From: Podarcis erhardii
Lineage: Eukaryota
Length of the DNA stretch: 64,000 nucleotides
Assembly (NCBI GenBank): GCA_964252035.1
Contig: OZ176203.1
Direction: 5' to 3' (one strand)
A program made the position numbers and the translations under genes. The notes beneath the pieces were generated by a model, which was not told the origin of the DNA, did no database searches, and was given only the letters and a program-made list of their open reading frames with translations. Each line of letters starts with the position of its first letter. The first letter of the stretch is position 1. Positions 24,644-37,720 of the stretch are shown piece by piece.

Positions 24644-25372
24644 GTAAACTTTTTATGCAGGGATTGGTAGCTACTTGCTGTACTTTTTGGACTGTATATT
24701 TAAAAGCTAGAACTACAGGTTGTTGTTGTTTTTTAAGCTTACCTGCTGTAGTATAGGAAATGTTGACCTTAGTTAGAAGACTTGAACAGGAATTGAACCC
24801 AGAACAGGTTTTCTGACTTAGGTATTTTGCCAGTTCTGCCCCAAAGAGCTGAATAGGTGGCAGTAGTTTTCTTTAGAGCCAAAACATTACTTTAAAAAGC
24901 AATGGAACACTTAACATTTCTCCCCGTCTCTGAAACAATGTCTATTCTCTCTCTCATTGCACCCCACTCTGATCTGGATGAAAGCTTCAAATTTAATTTG
25001 TGTCACTAGGAAGATGACTTAATAATTCTGAAGCAGCCACCTGAGCGACGAAGAGGTTGTTCTTGGTTGGTTTTAGGGATGATATGCAGGATGTGGGAGG
25101 GATGTTGTCACCAAACAAGCAGTGTTACGCTGAGTTTAAATTACTTGTTGACTGGCACCAAGAGTTTACAATAGGGCAGCAAAAATTAACCACAAATGCC
25201 TTCCTATCATAAAATAAGCTAGTCTAAAGGAATGCAATATCTAGATCTCAGATTTGATCTAGGATTTTGCTTAATTGAAGGATTTAAAATGAAGGGGAAA
25301 CAGTTGAAGGGATGCTTTGAATGCCCTGCACACCATTTTAATTTCATGAATGCTTTTCTGCCCCTGCTGCAG

Positions 25373-25610
25373 GCTCCGTAAAAGATCTTGTTGCACTTTG
25401 TGCAGTGTCACACAAGGTGTCACTTCAAATCATTTCGTCTGACTGTACATTGATTCACATAAAAACATGGCTGCAGGAACAAATGGAGTGTACAGCAATA
25501 AAAGAATATCCCAATACTTTCATCTCTTGTAAATCCGGAAATCTGAATGGCACTGTCTTCAAGTGGAATCTCAAAACACCATTCGAAGGAACTTTAACAG
25601 TATTTTACAG
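25373..25610 (+). CDS. FANCB: FANCB coding exon 7 (...KTPFEGTLTVFYR)
   Basis: 238 bp, matches recalled TPFEGILIIYSR, AG/GT bounded. Confidence 0.94.
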
Positions 25611-26333
25611 GTAATGGCAATTGAAAAGCTGGAGATACCTTTCTCACCTCATTTTGCCTTGTGAGCATGACAGCTATAGCCATTGCTGTGCTAGCAATCT
25701 AAGACCATTTTGAATAGCTGTGCTATGCTAGCTAGATGAGTAGGTCATTGGATTCTCTTGTAAACATTTTAAGTGATCTGCATAGGTGAGCATAGAAGAC
25801 CCCAGAACTATAATTACAGCGGCTTCATTCAATGAAGATGATATAAACTTGAAACAAGACACCTTGTGGAATTTTCAGAACTAACATTGCTATCTACCTT
25901 ATGGAAACATACGATGTTCCACTTTGAATTTGGTATTCAAGCAAGCCCGGTGGAAGCAGGTGGGCACAGCCATAGAAAATACACATAACTTCCTTAGAAT
26001 TTTGCTCAGTCATTTTAGAGGATATTTTTTACGGGACAGATTTTCATGCTCAGTGAATATTCTTCCAAGTATTCTACCTTAGAAAGAGCTTTTAAACACT
26101 ATAAAATATTGAGTTGTGAAACAGATTTCTATTACGGCTTAATTCACTTATGTAAACATGTTTATATCCTAATTCCCATAGAGTTTCATTGCCTTGGTCA
26201 TGGAACTCAGCTCACTGAATAGCTTGAAAGAACCTCATTTTCCCTTTCAAAGATTACTAATACCAAACATACTAATCTCAGTTACAATGCATATTTTGAG
26301 CACAATATTTAAACAGATTGTTTAAGTAAAAGC

Positions 26334-26456
26334 CAGGCATGGGGAACCCACAGTCCCCATAGGCTATTGGGCTTCAACTCTCATCTCCAGCCAGCATGGT
26401 CAACAATCAGGAAGATAAGAGTTGTGGTTTAGAGGACTGCAAGTTCCTCCTCCCTG
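26334..26456. mobile_element. Degraded small hAT-type MITE
   Basis: CAGGCATGGGGAAC...GTTCCTCCTCCCTG imperfect TIRs. Confidence 0.5.
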
Positions 26457-26691
26457 CTCTAAACCTTAATTGTAACTTCTCAGGGAACATTACTGTCAGT
26501 ATAACTTGCTGAGCCCTGCTTGCTCCTGCCTTTCCCTATACTTCACGTTTGTTCCAAAGGGAAATTATTTTTTTCATCTTTAAGTACGGTGCTTCATGTT
26601 CTGAATAGCTTCTGGTTTACATTTAAACTTCTGCTCGTGAATTTTTATGAACAATGATAACTGACCTTTTTTTTACAAATCTGCTTTACAG

Positions 26692-27097
26692 ACATGAAAC
26701 GATTTTGTTCCAGTGCCTTCATAACCTTACCGGATCGTTGCCACCAGCCTGTAAGATAAAACCACTCAGGGTAGGAAGCAAGAAGGTACTTGCTGAACAG
26801 CTTGCACTAACTTTAGAAAAGGAAATGGTCACTCTCCGGCAAGCTTCCTCCGCAGCTATAAGCCAACCTGAAAACCGCTTGTCTCTGATTTATGAGGAGA
26901 GCAAAGAAGCAAGTAGCGTCTCTGCGGTGCAACAGTTCAGAGAGCAGTTTCAAAGGGAGCAGAAGCAATGCATGCTGGGTATGAACCGGACAGTGGGCGG
27001 TGCCTTGTACAGGAGACTCATTTTGAATGTATTTGAATCGCAGCTGAATTCTGACACAATTGCATGGCAGTGCTCATTACTCGGCAAACTTCTTTGA
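26692..27097 (+). CDS. FANCB: FANCB last coding exon (HETILFQCLHNL...LLGKLL*)
   Basis: 406 bp, FQCLHNL, LEKE and GALYR motifs. Total CDS 2529 bp = 842 aa plus stop. Confidence 0.94.
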
Positions 27098-30000
27098 CTT
27101 ATTTCTTAGCCAAAGCTATAATGTGACGCGCTTCATATTCCTATTTATGATTAAAATGAAGAATCCGTTAGTGCTCTTATATTTGTTCAGCAAGTGATCA
27201 ATTGCAAGGGAATTATTTTGCAACGTTTCAAAGAGCTATGGTGAAATGCCTGCCTGAACAAAAAGTATGGTGGTCAATAAGCTGCCTTCTGTCAGTATTC
27301 TGTATTGAGACTCTCCATGCTTGTGCTTCTCTACTTAGAGCAACAGGTTGGGAAAGAGAGACAGAGGCCTTGATTTGCTGTCACCTGCTTGCTTCTGTTT
27401 CGCCCACACTGCTGTTTCGTGTACCCAACAGATTTTTTAAAGTCTGTATTTCATCATAGCTTCGGAAAAGATCCTGCATCATAAACTCTGCACCCTGATA
27501 CGGTGGGAGAGTAAGGATAGCCATTGTTTGTTTTTTCACTGAGCGAATTGGTTGCCCAGCAGCTTGCTATCCTAATTAGGTCACAGAAGTACTGTGGCCA
27601 GAATATTCACTGAAAATGGCAAGAGGTATTTCTACAATTTTTCAAAACCGCATCTCAATACATACATGGGTACACTTCTGCTGTTCCATGAACAAAGATA
27701 CCCAGAATATATTTCCATTAGGTATCTTTTAAACGTCTATGCATACTTGTGCAAGGAATGTTGCAGATGTTAGCCAACCTGTTGGCACATCCCAAAGTCA
27801 GCCTCTGTTTCATGCTTCTTTGTTTCCAAAAGCCTTTCTCCAATGATACTTCTCCTTTCCAATAGCTCCATTGCACTTATTTCTCTTCGGACACTTTTTT
27901 ATCTTTTTATTGTGGTGGAATAGAAGCTTTCCACTCATCTTGACATTTGATTCTATTGACTCCAGTTGGAGAATGCGATGCACAATATACATCGCATTTG
28001 TGTTTTTACAGACTGATACTAGAGTTGCTGAGCAACCGAAAGCTAGCAACATAGACAAACCAGATTCTTGGCTTTCTAACAAATGTTAAATCTCAGCATG
28101 TCTAGAGACAGGCTGGTTTTTTATATTTGCCTTACTTGTTTACATGCATGTTGTAACCTGTTTTTTAAGCTACAGTAACAGGAAACTTGATCACGCCACC
28201 TATTAGATATCATCAAACTTCCCAATAAACATTGTTTATTCCATATTGGCATTACAGAATTGTTCTTCATTTCATATATCAGTGAAACGAAGCAGTTTCC
28301 CTGCAGCTGTGCAGAGAGCTGAAAGCTCATTAATAATCTTCATGCACTAAACAGTGTTTTTAATGGGCTTCCAAATCTCTGCCCAAACCTATACATTATG
28401 ATGGCTATTTAGTGTTATTCTTCTCAATAGGTCCCTTAGATGTTATGTTCTGCAAATGGGGCCTGCTGCAAAATATTTCGGATTGGGAGTCTTCCTGTTC
28501 AGGGTTCTTGCCAGCCAGCCATGCTCTCTCTTTGTCCCATGCCCTCTGCTCCTCCTCTTCACAATTTTCTGCTTTTCCTCAACAGTTCTCTTCTATTCCA
28601 GTAAGCATGTTCAGTCCTTCTCAAGCTCTTCTGTTAGGTTTTTCCCTTTCATGGTATTTTTACTGTGTGTCTGCAAACCTTGAGGTTTTCCCCACGGCTG
28701 TTGTTACCTCTCATGTAGTTCTGGCTACGTAAGGGTCTATCATTTATAGAAGAAGCCTGTTTCTTCAAATTTATATACTTATTTTAAAATTGTTTTCTTC
28801 ATGTAGAAGAGATGGAGAGGGGGAAATACAGAATATTGTAGGCTATAGCTGCTTCTTTTGCTAGAAACATAGTGAGCGACAACTTTCTTAGGGCTGGATT
28901 TACATGTGTTGCAAAAAGATGTTAAGCTTTTGATAACTACCCCATGTAAGAAACTGTCTGCAAATACGAAGAAATATCTGGCGGCCATTTGAGTGCCTCC
29001 TTGTTAGCTTTGACTGGCAATTTTCTGAAAACATTATCATGCACTTGTAGAGAGTTATCCATTAAATACTTTTGAAAGTAGCATTCTGGTCATTGGTTTG
29101 ATATGTGGAACGAACGTGAATTGATAAAAGCTATTCATTTTCATACTTGTCATGGAATGAAAGAATTTAACCCCTTTTGTGTAGAGTTGGGTTGAAAAGG
29201 ATCCTCAAGAATTTCAAACCGTAGTTACTTTTATAAGGCTTCTGGCCTTCTAACCTGGCATGACTTCAAGCAAACATCTTCATAAACGCAAGTAACCTCT
29301 CAGGTTCGCCAGTGCTTCTCATGGGCTGCAGAGCCTGCTTCGTTGCACCCATGAGTGCACATAAATGCTTCTGTGAGCTCTTGCTTCTGGGTAGAGGAAA
29401 AGTGCAGAAATAACTGCTTAACAGGTTAGTATCTCCCCATATTTCCCAATTGGCAACTTCTATTTCGGAATAATCCTGCAGTTCGATTAGGTTTTTATTG
29501 TGCTTCAGGGCGGGTTGGGCATTACCTCGTCCCTCAGTTCCACAGATTAAAACGATTGCCAGGTCATTGTAATTCTTGGCTCAGGAGTGGGAGTCTGTGC
29601 AGAAACCAGCACTCCATGTGGTCAGTCATCGCATGCGGTATTTTAAAGGTTACAGTACATCAAGCTAACCTTATTCCATCTGCTGATTTGCTTACTTCAT
29701 TGGTGTGTCTCCAGTGTTTTGAAGGGAAGAACAACTTAAAAAATAAAAAAGACCTTGTGAATGTTCACTGATCCTTGCAGGTGCTTGTGCATGTCTGTAG
29801 CCTGCACGAGACGGCAGTTCTTTCTGAACTCCCTTTGAAGGAATGGCTACACCTTCTTTTCAAATTGCTTTGGATGACGCATCAGTCGTAGTGTCCTCAA
29901 ATCCACTCTAGGTCACTTGCAAAAGGACATTCAGTTTAGACAAGTCTTGCCTGGGTTAGGATAAAGAGGGGATGCCACCTGTCTCAGCATCCTATCCCTC

Positions 30001-30236
30001 CCTAGAACATCACTAGATGACTGACAGTGTGCTTGGTAAGGAGACTTAACCATCCCGTTCCTAGTAATGCACTGAACTTTGCCACTTTGGTACTGATTTT
30101 GTAGTTAGTGGAATCTGACAAAAGGAGGGAGGTTATCAGAACTGCCTGGGAATTCAGTTTAAATGGGGGTGTAATATATAAGGAATGTCCTCAACTGTTT
30201 TGATTGTCGACTGACGAGCAGACACAGTGGTTACAA

Positions 30237-30240
<4 letters not shown>

Positions 30241-30270
<30 letters not shown>
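30241..30270. repeat. (TG)15 microsatellite
   Basis: Direct inspection. Confidence 0.95.
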
Positions 30271-30273
<3 letters not shown>

Positions 30274-30605
30274 CTCCCAGCAGAGCAGATGGTAAGGCAT
30301 TAAAGGAGGCCAAAGTGAAAGCTCTATGATATTTGGAAATTTCTAGAGCATAAAGATAAGCAGCTGGAATGAAGGTTTTGCTACAGTTTCCAGCCGCCTG
30401 GCAGCATGCGATCCAAGCTTAGTCTTCTTGCAGGGCTACATCCCAGATTAGTTTAGTTGTGTCCTTAGTTCTCAAGGCCACAAGTGTAACAGAGCAGGGA
30501 ACGATGACCCAAAGTCTGATAGTTCCACCTTTACATCTCTCTTCCAACCAGAGGAGAAGTTATCTGATGAAATAAAATAGGCTAAAACAGAGGGATTAAG
30601 ATTTA

Positions 30606-30969
30606 CCGTATTTTTCGCCCTATAGGATGCACTGGCCCATAGGATGCACCTTGATTTTTTGGGGGGGGGGAATAAAGAAAAAAATATATTCCCCCCCCCC
30701 CCAGGCACGGGGGCGGGGGAAGCCCGAGCTCCCCCAGCCCCCAGAACGGGACCCAGAGCCATGCCGAAGCTGCGTGCAGCTTTGGCATTGCTCTGGGAGC
30801 TTGCGGGGCTGGAGGAGGGGGAAGCCCTCCGCCAGCCTTCTAACCAAGTCGGAGGACAGCGGGAAAGGTGCGCTTCAGCGAAAGCCTGCATTCGCCCCAT
30901 AGGACGCACACACATTTCACCTTCATTTTTGGAGGGGAAAAAGTGCGTCCTATAGGGCGAAAAATACGG
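30606..30969. mobile_element. TcMar (Tc2-like) non-autonomous transposon
   Basis: TIR CCGTATTTTTCGCCCTATAGGA at both ends, TA TSD. Confidence 0.92.
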
Positions 30970-31148
30970 TAATCCAATAGCAGTTTCTGGTGTGCATGCC
31001 AAAATGGAACTGGATTATGTAGTAGTACGTTCCTGCTGTCTATACAAGGATTGATAAGTGTTTTGTAACTTGTGGTTTGAGTAGAGTCATCCCAGATCCT
31101 ACTCTTTGAGTTAAGGCATTTGGTGTGCAACATGGAACACCAAAGGTA

Positions 31149-31379
31149 CAGTGGTACCTTGGGTTACAGACGCTTCAGGTTACAGACGCTTCAGGTTACA
31201 GACTCCGCTAACCCAGAAATAGTACCTTGGGTTAAGAACTTTGCTTCAGGATGAGAACAGAAATCGTGCGGTGGCAGCGGGAGGCCCCATTAGCTAAAGT
31301 GGTACCTCAGGTTAAGAACCGTTTCAGGTGAAGAACGTACCTCCAGAACAAATTAAGTTCTTAACCCAAGGTACCACTG
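31149..31379. mobile_element. Tc1/mariner-type MITE, subfamily A
   Basis: CAGTGGTACCTTGGGTTA...TAACCCAAGGTACCACTG, closely similar to 23749 and 57865 copies. Confidence 0.92.
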
Positions 31380-31677
31380 TGCTGTGCAAAAAAGCATGCA
31401 TTGTATAGCTACTAAAAGTCCTTGTAAATGCACAGCTGTGAGCCATGTGTAAGTTGGGTTCTCACCTTCAGTCACATATTGAATGTGTGAGCCTCCTTTC
31501 GAGAAAAAGAACCTAGGAAGGGCAATGGTAGTTCTTTGGACATTCTCAAAAACATGCAGACTGGGCTCTCTGCAGTCCTGTTGACTGGAAGACTACACCA
31601 ATATATCTGAATGCCATCACCTCTGAATCATCACTTTCATCATCACTTTCATCTGAATGCCATCACCTCTCTTTCAT

Positions 31678-31812
31678 CGTATCTGAAGAAGTGTGCATGC
31701 ACACGAAAGCTCATACCTAGAACTAACTCAGTTGGTCTTTAAGGTGCTACTGGAATGAATTTTTTTATTTTGTTTTGACCATGGCAGACCAACACGGCTA
31801 CCTATCTGTAAC
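31678..31812. mobile_element. Penelope-like element terminal fragment
   Basis: ctgaagaagtgtgcatgcacacgaaagctcata...gttggtctttaaggtgctactgga resembles recalled reptile Penelope termini. Confidence 0.7.
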
Positions 31813-32854
31813 TCTCTTTCTTGGTTGTTGATCAGCAAGCGTTTGAAAAAAGACCATTTTTTAAAGTCTTTTGGTAATTTGTGGTGAGCTGCTCAGTACA
31901 GTAGTAAGAGAAATCCCAAAGGGCTCTTCTCATTTTTACTGTTGAGCTTTTAGCAATGATTTTTATTGTAACTTACAGTACTATTATTGTTATGTTTCTG
32001 CATTTTAATGTATTGTGATTTTGCATTTTTTTGTGTATTGCTTTTTAAATTTTTTATAATGAAAGTAGAATAGAAATGCTTTTAATACATAATAAGTAAA
32101 TATGTGGTTTCTGTTCCAAGCTGGCTGGAGAAACTCTGAACAAGAGCACTTCTGTCTGGTGTTGGTGACCAGCTTATTCTCATCTAGATTTTCCATTCTC
32201 TTGTCTTTAAGCCAGAGGTGGTTTTTTTGTTTTTTGTTTTTAAAAAAAGAAGTTTGTCTTCCATTGACCAGTAGGAAAGCTTCAAATCTCAAGAGATTGT
32301 TTTCTTTCATCTTTGTTGCATGAGTAAGTACATTTGTTATGCCCTGGTTAGCATTGGGGGCTTATACTGTTCTCTTTTCATTTACGTAAGCTTCTGCTGA
32401 GGCATGATAGTTTAATTTCTAACCAGAAATGACCTGGGTGCACTCTAACAATTACCGTAAGTCAACTTTCAGTTCACCAATAGAAATTAAACTTTGAGTA
32501 TATGGATTTGAGAAAGATCCTTGGCTTGTGAAGGTGAAGCTAAACTCTGTCTTGATTCTGCCACAAAATGGAAACGTATTGGGCAGAAGGAGGTTCTTAA
32601 GCCCTCCCTCTCCCCATCCAGCCATCCATTAAAACCTCCCTACTTTTTATCTAATCCCAAATTCCAAAGCCTCTCACAAATATGAGAGATAATGGGAAAA
32701 GCAACTGGCAGGACCAAGCAACAACTTGAAAAGTATTAAGCACCCTCTTCCTGTTTCAAGTTTCTCAGCCGCAAACTCTGCTCTCTTTGACCTAATCTGC
32801 ATACGAGAAGCAACAGTCGGATTTTAAACGCATCCTCATTAACTGTAGTTAGTC

Positions 32855-33095
32855 AAGGGTGCTAAGAATTGGCAGCAGACTCCTGTCTCCCTCACAGAGC
32901 TAGAGTTGTCAGATTTCCCTGTGGAGAGGGATCGATTGTTAAACCACCCTGGTAGCTCTGTAAGGGAAATAGCGAGGTCTCCTAACAACTCTCAGCAGCT
33001 TATCAAAGTATACTTCCAAACATTCTTTGGGGGAAGAAGTGGGTGCTTAAAGTGGCATGATACTGCTTTCAATGTATATATGGGCGCAGCCTTGA
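32855..33095. mobile_element. Palindromic squamate MITE-like family (relatives at ~43580-43700 and 46405-46525)
   Basis: Shares ctcacagagcta and ggtctcctaacaactctcagca (inverse of tgctgagagttgttaggagacc at 46437). Confidence 0.65.
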
Positions 33096-33243
33096 TCTTC
33101 AAGCCTGTGTAACTTGAGGATGAGGGATAGCATTGCCATGAGATCTGTTCACTCAACTCTGATAGGTGCTATCATCTGTTTTGGAGGGCAGAGAAGGTGC
33201 TTATTACGTTTTAAACAGGGAGCTTCCTCCCTGTACCCTATGC

Positions 33244-33383
33244 CAGGGGTGCTTAACTTGTGACCCTCCAGAGAATGTTGCACTCCAATTCCCATCAGGC
33301 CTAGTCAGCATGGCCAAAACGTTGGGCATAATTGGAACTGTAGTCCTGCAACATCTGGAGAACCAAACGTTAGCCCCCCCCCC
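33244..33383. mobile_element. Small hAT-type MITE
   Basis: CAGGGGTG start, ccctccaga...catctggag internal inversion like the 37579 and 53231 copies. Confidence 0.6.
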
Positions 33384-36300
33384 GCCCTATAAAAATTGCT
33401 AGTGTTGGAAGGAATGATCCAGAGTTTGACCATAGAAGTTACGTGCACTCTTAAGGGTCTGTATGGACCAGGCCACCATACTGACAATTTGTTTTTTGAA
33501 ACCTGCTTTTAAAGGCAGAGAGACAGCTAGTGTATCATCTAGTTTGGCCATCGGATGGAGGTGAATTCTGTGACAATCCAATTTTAAGAGTCACCACACA
33601 GCCATCTGTTGCACTTGTCCTTCCTTGGACGAGGGCCTGTGTATTGTATATGCATGTCTGCACATGCAAACACAGCGAAGAGTTGGCTTCAAAATATAAC
33701 AAACGGAGACAGCTTGATTAAGCCCAGAGTCTGACAGTAATGACAGATGAGCGATGTCTGCTCTAAATAAGGTCTTCTCTTTCCTGAAGCGCTGGAAGAA
33801 CAACAGACGAGAGTGGCATGCTCCAAATAATGAGGGGGTTGGGGAGGAGGGAAAGCATACTGCCTCTTCTAAAAGCAAAATAGAACATCAAGCCACAAAA
33901 TTACATCTGCATTATTGAACAGCATTACTGTGGCGAAGGAGGGAAATGGTGGAGAAAAGCTATTTAAGGAGGATAAAACGGGGTCATGAGGCATCTTTTA
34001 CAAGCCGCTTCCCTATGGCACTGAGTCTGGCATACATACAGCTAGATATCGGTTGTAGCAATTAGTACATTGCAAGGCTCTTTAGCCTACTCCATGAGGG
34101 CTTTAGTGACCAAGAGAGGCAGAAAAGGAGATCTTCTAGAAAGTTCTGGACCGATCATTCAGGGGGCTCAGGTCAGGGTTCCCCCGGGTCTCTTGAGATC
34201 TGGCTCTCAGAATTCCACCCCCCTCTAGTCCTGAGTCATATCTCAAGTACAGTATTTTCTGTGTCTGTCCATAAGATAATGCAGGCCTTTGGGCTGAAAG
34301 GATTCCCCATCCCTGTGCTACAAACATCAGGTGTTGCCAGGCTACATGAGAGTGATGTAGGCGTGCAGATAGGAGGCCTTAGAGAACTGCGATGGGTCTG
34401 AAATTTTTACTATATTCAGGCAGGCAAAAAAAAAAAAATGTTTTGCCTTTAAGAATATAATTTATTTATTTAAAAACCAACAGGCTGGACCCCCATAAAA
34501 GATCATATCTTATTTTGATGGCCGGTACATCCGAATGTAGAGAGAATGACTGTCGCTTACTGACGACGATACACTGAGACATATTGTTATCGTTACTGTA
34601 AGACACACAGTTTGTCAAACTCGCTTCCCCAGCCTTGGCAATGTTCACTGTATTGCATTCTGAGTGAACGCACAGCACTTCTGAAAACTGGGCCCCTTAA
34701 GTGTATCTTCTGCATCTGTCCAGCATGGAATATTCCATTTTGAGAACAGAGGCACATGGTGTTCTTTTTTGGCCAGACACCAAAAAAAATGGTCAGAACA
34801 AAAGACCTGCCCTGAAGTCATACGCTGACAGAGCTGCTGACTCATTCAATATTCCCAGACCTTTCAAAACACTGGCTATTGAAGCTTGAGTTTAGGTTAT
34901 AAGAGCACATAAGTAATTTAAAACATTCCACGAATCCCATACTTAGCCACAGAAATGGACTAAACATTCAGTCAAACTTAAACCTAAATCCCATCACCAA
35001 TTTCTGAAGAAAAAGCAAGAAAGCTAGGATATAGTGTATTTATGTGGGGAATAGGGAGTTGGAGTCTGGGGAACGTTCTATTCCCCTCCTTGAAAGTGCC
35101 TCCTGAGTACAAATGATGAAATATTTACAATTGTTCCACTTGATTTTGTGGGTTTAGGATTAGAGAGCTTCTCAACTTCCTCAGCAGTTATACTGCCTCC
35201 TAACTCTAAAGGAATTTGAGTCTTAAGACAAGTCTAAGCTAAGCAAAGGGTAGGGAACTGTTGAGGGGACTTTGGTGGTGGAGCCAGACTGCTCCTTGCT
35301 GAAATGGAATTGTCTCAGATATCGGGTTGCATCCAACGCATTGTAACAGATTTTTTGGGGAGGAGGGGAGATGAAGGGCAGGGCCCCTTGTGTGAGCAGA
35401 AGCCTGTTTGGCTTGTGCAATAGGAGTTCTCATGAGCCACATGACAGTGTTCCTCTGAAGGAGAGAAGGAATGGGACAATAATGTAGAACTTGATCCTGG
35501 CTTGGGAGGAGCTGAACTGGATGCTGCTTTGGGACCAAACAAGTTTGTCAGGAGAAAGAGAGCCCTGCCTCAGTGACAGCAAACCCCACTCCCCAAAGCA
35601 TGGAGGAGGCATTATCTGATCTCCTGTTCCATCCACCACTAGGGAGGCAGGCACTATCTAAGTCAGATCGTGAGCAACCAGTGTTGACATGAAGTCGGTT
35701 GTAGGTTGCACAAGCAGGCCCAGCCTACTCACAAAGGTGCCCATGTCCTTGCCTGGTCTGTTGGCTTGGGACAAGCTCCATGTGAATGAGTGTGTCCTAA
35801 TCTTCAAAAGGATTGCTCAAGGGACATGCCGGGGGTTGGGACAACATCTGAGCTTGCAGCTAGCTATGAACCTTAGAACTCTGCTTTAGCTGTTGATTTG
35901 CTTGGGCCATGTAGTCATAGAAAGCTTTGGGTGATCATTGTGCTGAGAGTTCATGTGCCGTGATTACATTGTGCTGAGAGAGCCAAGACGGCAGTGTTGG
36001 CTACAAGTCATTGGCTTTACAGGAATCAATGAACCCTAAGATTTCAAGAGTATTTATATTGTTAAATCCCAGTAGCTGGGATTTCCAGTTTAAAAAAAGT
36101 GTTACTTCTCTCTTCAGTCTTTTCTAATTTTATCTGAGTTGGAGGGGCAGTTGCTAAACATGTCATGTGGAATTTGATTGACAGCGGTGGTAGCAAGCAG
36201 GAGACTAAGGGCCAGTGACTCATCAAGAAGCAAGGACCTGTTCATAATACTTGAGAGAGTGCAGAGAGACAGGGCCTTTTGGGGATGGCACCAGAGTTTT

Positions 36301-36600
36301 GAATACTTAACTTTCTCCACAGCACTCTTTAATGCACCAGATGAAGCCAATCATATTTGACTAAGCTTTTAATAGATGAAGCTTTAACTCTGTATTTGCT
36401 GTTTAATGCTGATACATGAAACTCCATAAAATGCAACCTAGAACAGATTAGGTAGATACATAAAAAAGGTGTTTAAACACTGTCCTTCCTAATGAAATTC
36501 TAATTTGAATGCAAAGGGCTCACCTTTTCTCAAATTGGCATGTAAAGTTCTGCGCTACGTCAATGTGAATGGTAAGTAGAGCAGAACCAATCAGATCTTA

Positions 36601-37406
36601 TTTTTTTTTAAAATAATATTTGTCAGAGCCACCCTGGGTCCCAGCTCACAAGAGACCAAAGTCCAGTCCAAGCTATATACAAAAGGTTTTATTGAAGATC
36701 ATTGTCGTCATTACATCCAAACTCCGTGGCTCCGCATCTGTTACCCTTAGATGTTAGAAGTCCCCTCTGAGTCCGTCCCTCCCCTGCACCAATTTAAGAG
36801 GCTTGTACTGCTCCACCTTTTCCTCTCTTTCCTTTTCCGCAGGGTCTTCCTGCCCCCCTGTCTTCCCTCTTTCCGGGACTCCCCAGAGGCTGAGTCTTCT
36901 CCCGCCTGCTCCCCCCTCCTTCGTGCTTTGGCACCAGGCTCCTCCTCAGAGCTCTCCTCATTTCCGCGCGCCTCTATATTTGAACTTGGCGCGCGTACGT
37001 TGCCTCTGACCTTCCTTTCTACAGTTACGCTGCTCTCGGTACTACACTCCTCCCTTTCAGGCAGGACGTCTTGCTCCGAACTCCTCCCCCTTCCTCCTTC
37101 CTGTCCTGCTCTTTCTGACACACTGGCAACTCCCCCCCCTCCACTCCGTTCCGACGGGGGAGCTGGTCCCGCTTTGCCACTCCCACTGGGGATTCCCTCT
37201 TCGTTCCCCTCTTTCTGACTGATTCCCTCTCTATTGCCCCTTGGCCTGACCAGGGGGGCTCCCTTCTGGGAATCCTCTGATTCGCTAGACGGACTTTGGG
37301 ACAACCTCGGCTCGTTGTCGTCCTCTTCCTCCTCGCCCTCGCTCTCTGTCTCCTCTCTCCCTAAAACCCTGACAATATTTATTAAAGTTTCAACAATTAC
37401 ATGAAG
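36601..37406 (-). mobile_element. Short poly(A)-tailed L1-type insertion with 18-bp TSD, interrupted by a solo LTR
   Basis: Direct repeat AGAACCAATCAGATCTTA at 36583-36600 and 37407-37424. T-run follows the first copy. TCTT/AA endonuclease-type site. Confidence 0.7.
36621..37374 (-). mobile_element. Solo LTR, 754 bp
   Basis: TGTCAG...CTGACA termini, 5-bp TSD ATATT, minus-strand AATAAA near 36688, CpG well retained. Confidence 0.88.
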
Positions 37407-37578
37407 AGAACCAATCAGATCTTAAAATTTACCTGCTTTTATTCAGATCACATTGAATGCATTCGTTAGAAGTTGTGACTTATTCAGATGTTCTCTGAAG
37501 TATAATATAAAATGACAGAAAATAATTACTGGCATAAATGTAATGACTATGTACATCATAGAAGGAATGATTATAACC

Positions 37579-37720
37579 CAGGCATAGGCAAACTCTGCCC
37601 TCTGGATGTTTTGGGACTACAACTCCAATCATCCCTAGCTAACAGGACCAGTGGTCAGGGATAATGGGAGTTGTAGTCCCCAAACATCTGGAGGGCAGAG
37701 TTTGCCTATGCCTATGCCCG
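37579..37720. mobile_element. Palindromic hAT-type mini-MITE
   Basis: CAGGCATAGGCAAACTCTGCCCTC / GAGGGCAGAGTTTGCCTATGCC, flanked by the direct repeat ATTATAACC. Confidence 0.88.

Noticed and set aside
28400-28730. Purine-rich, exon-like minus-strand stretch
   Set aside because: No continuous frame, splice pairing or recognisable homology.
30472-31133. Cluster of 60-176 aa ORFs
   Set aside because: They overlap a GC-rich non-autonomous transposon and show no transposase motifs.
36747-37304. 185-aa and 155-aa ORFs on opposite strands
   Set aside because: Low-complexity frames wholly inside the solo LTR, with no recognisable domain.
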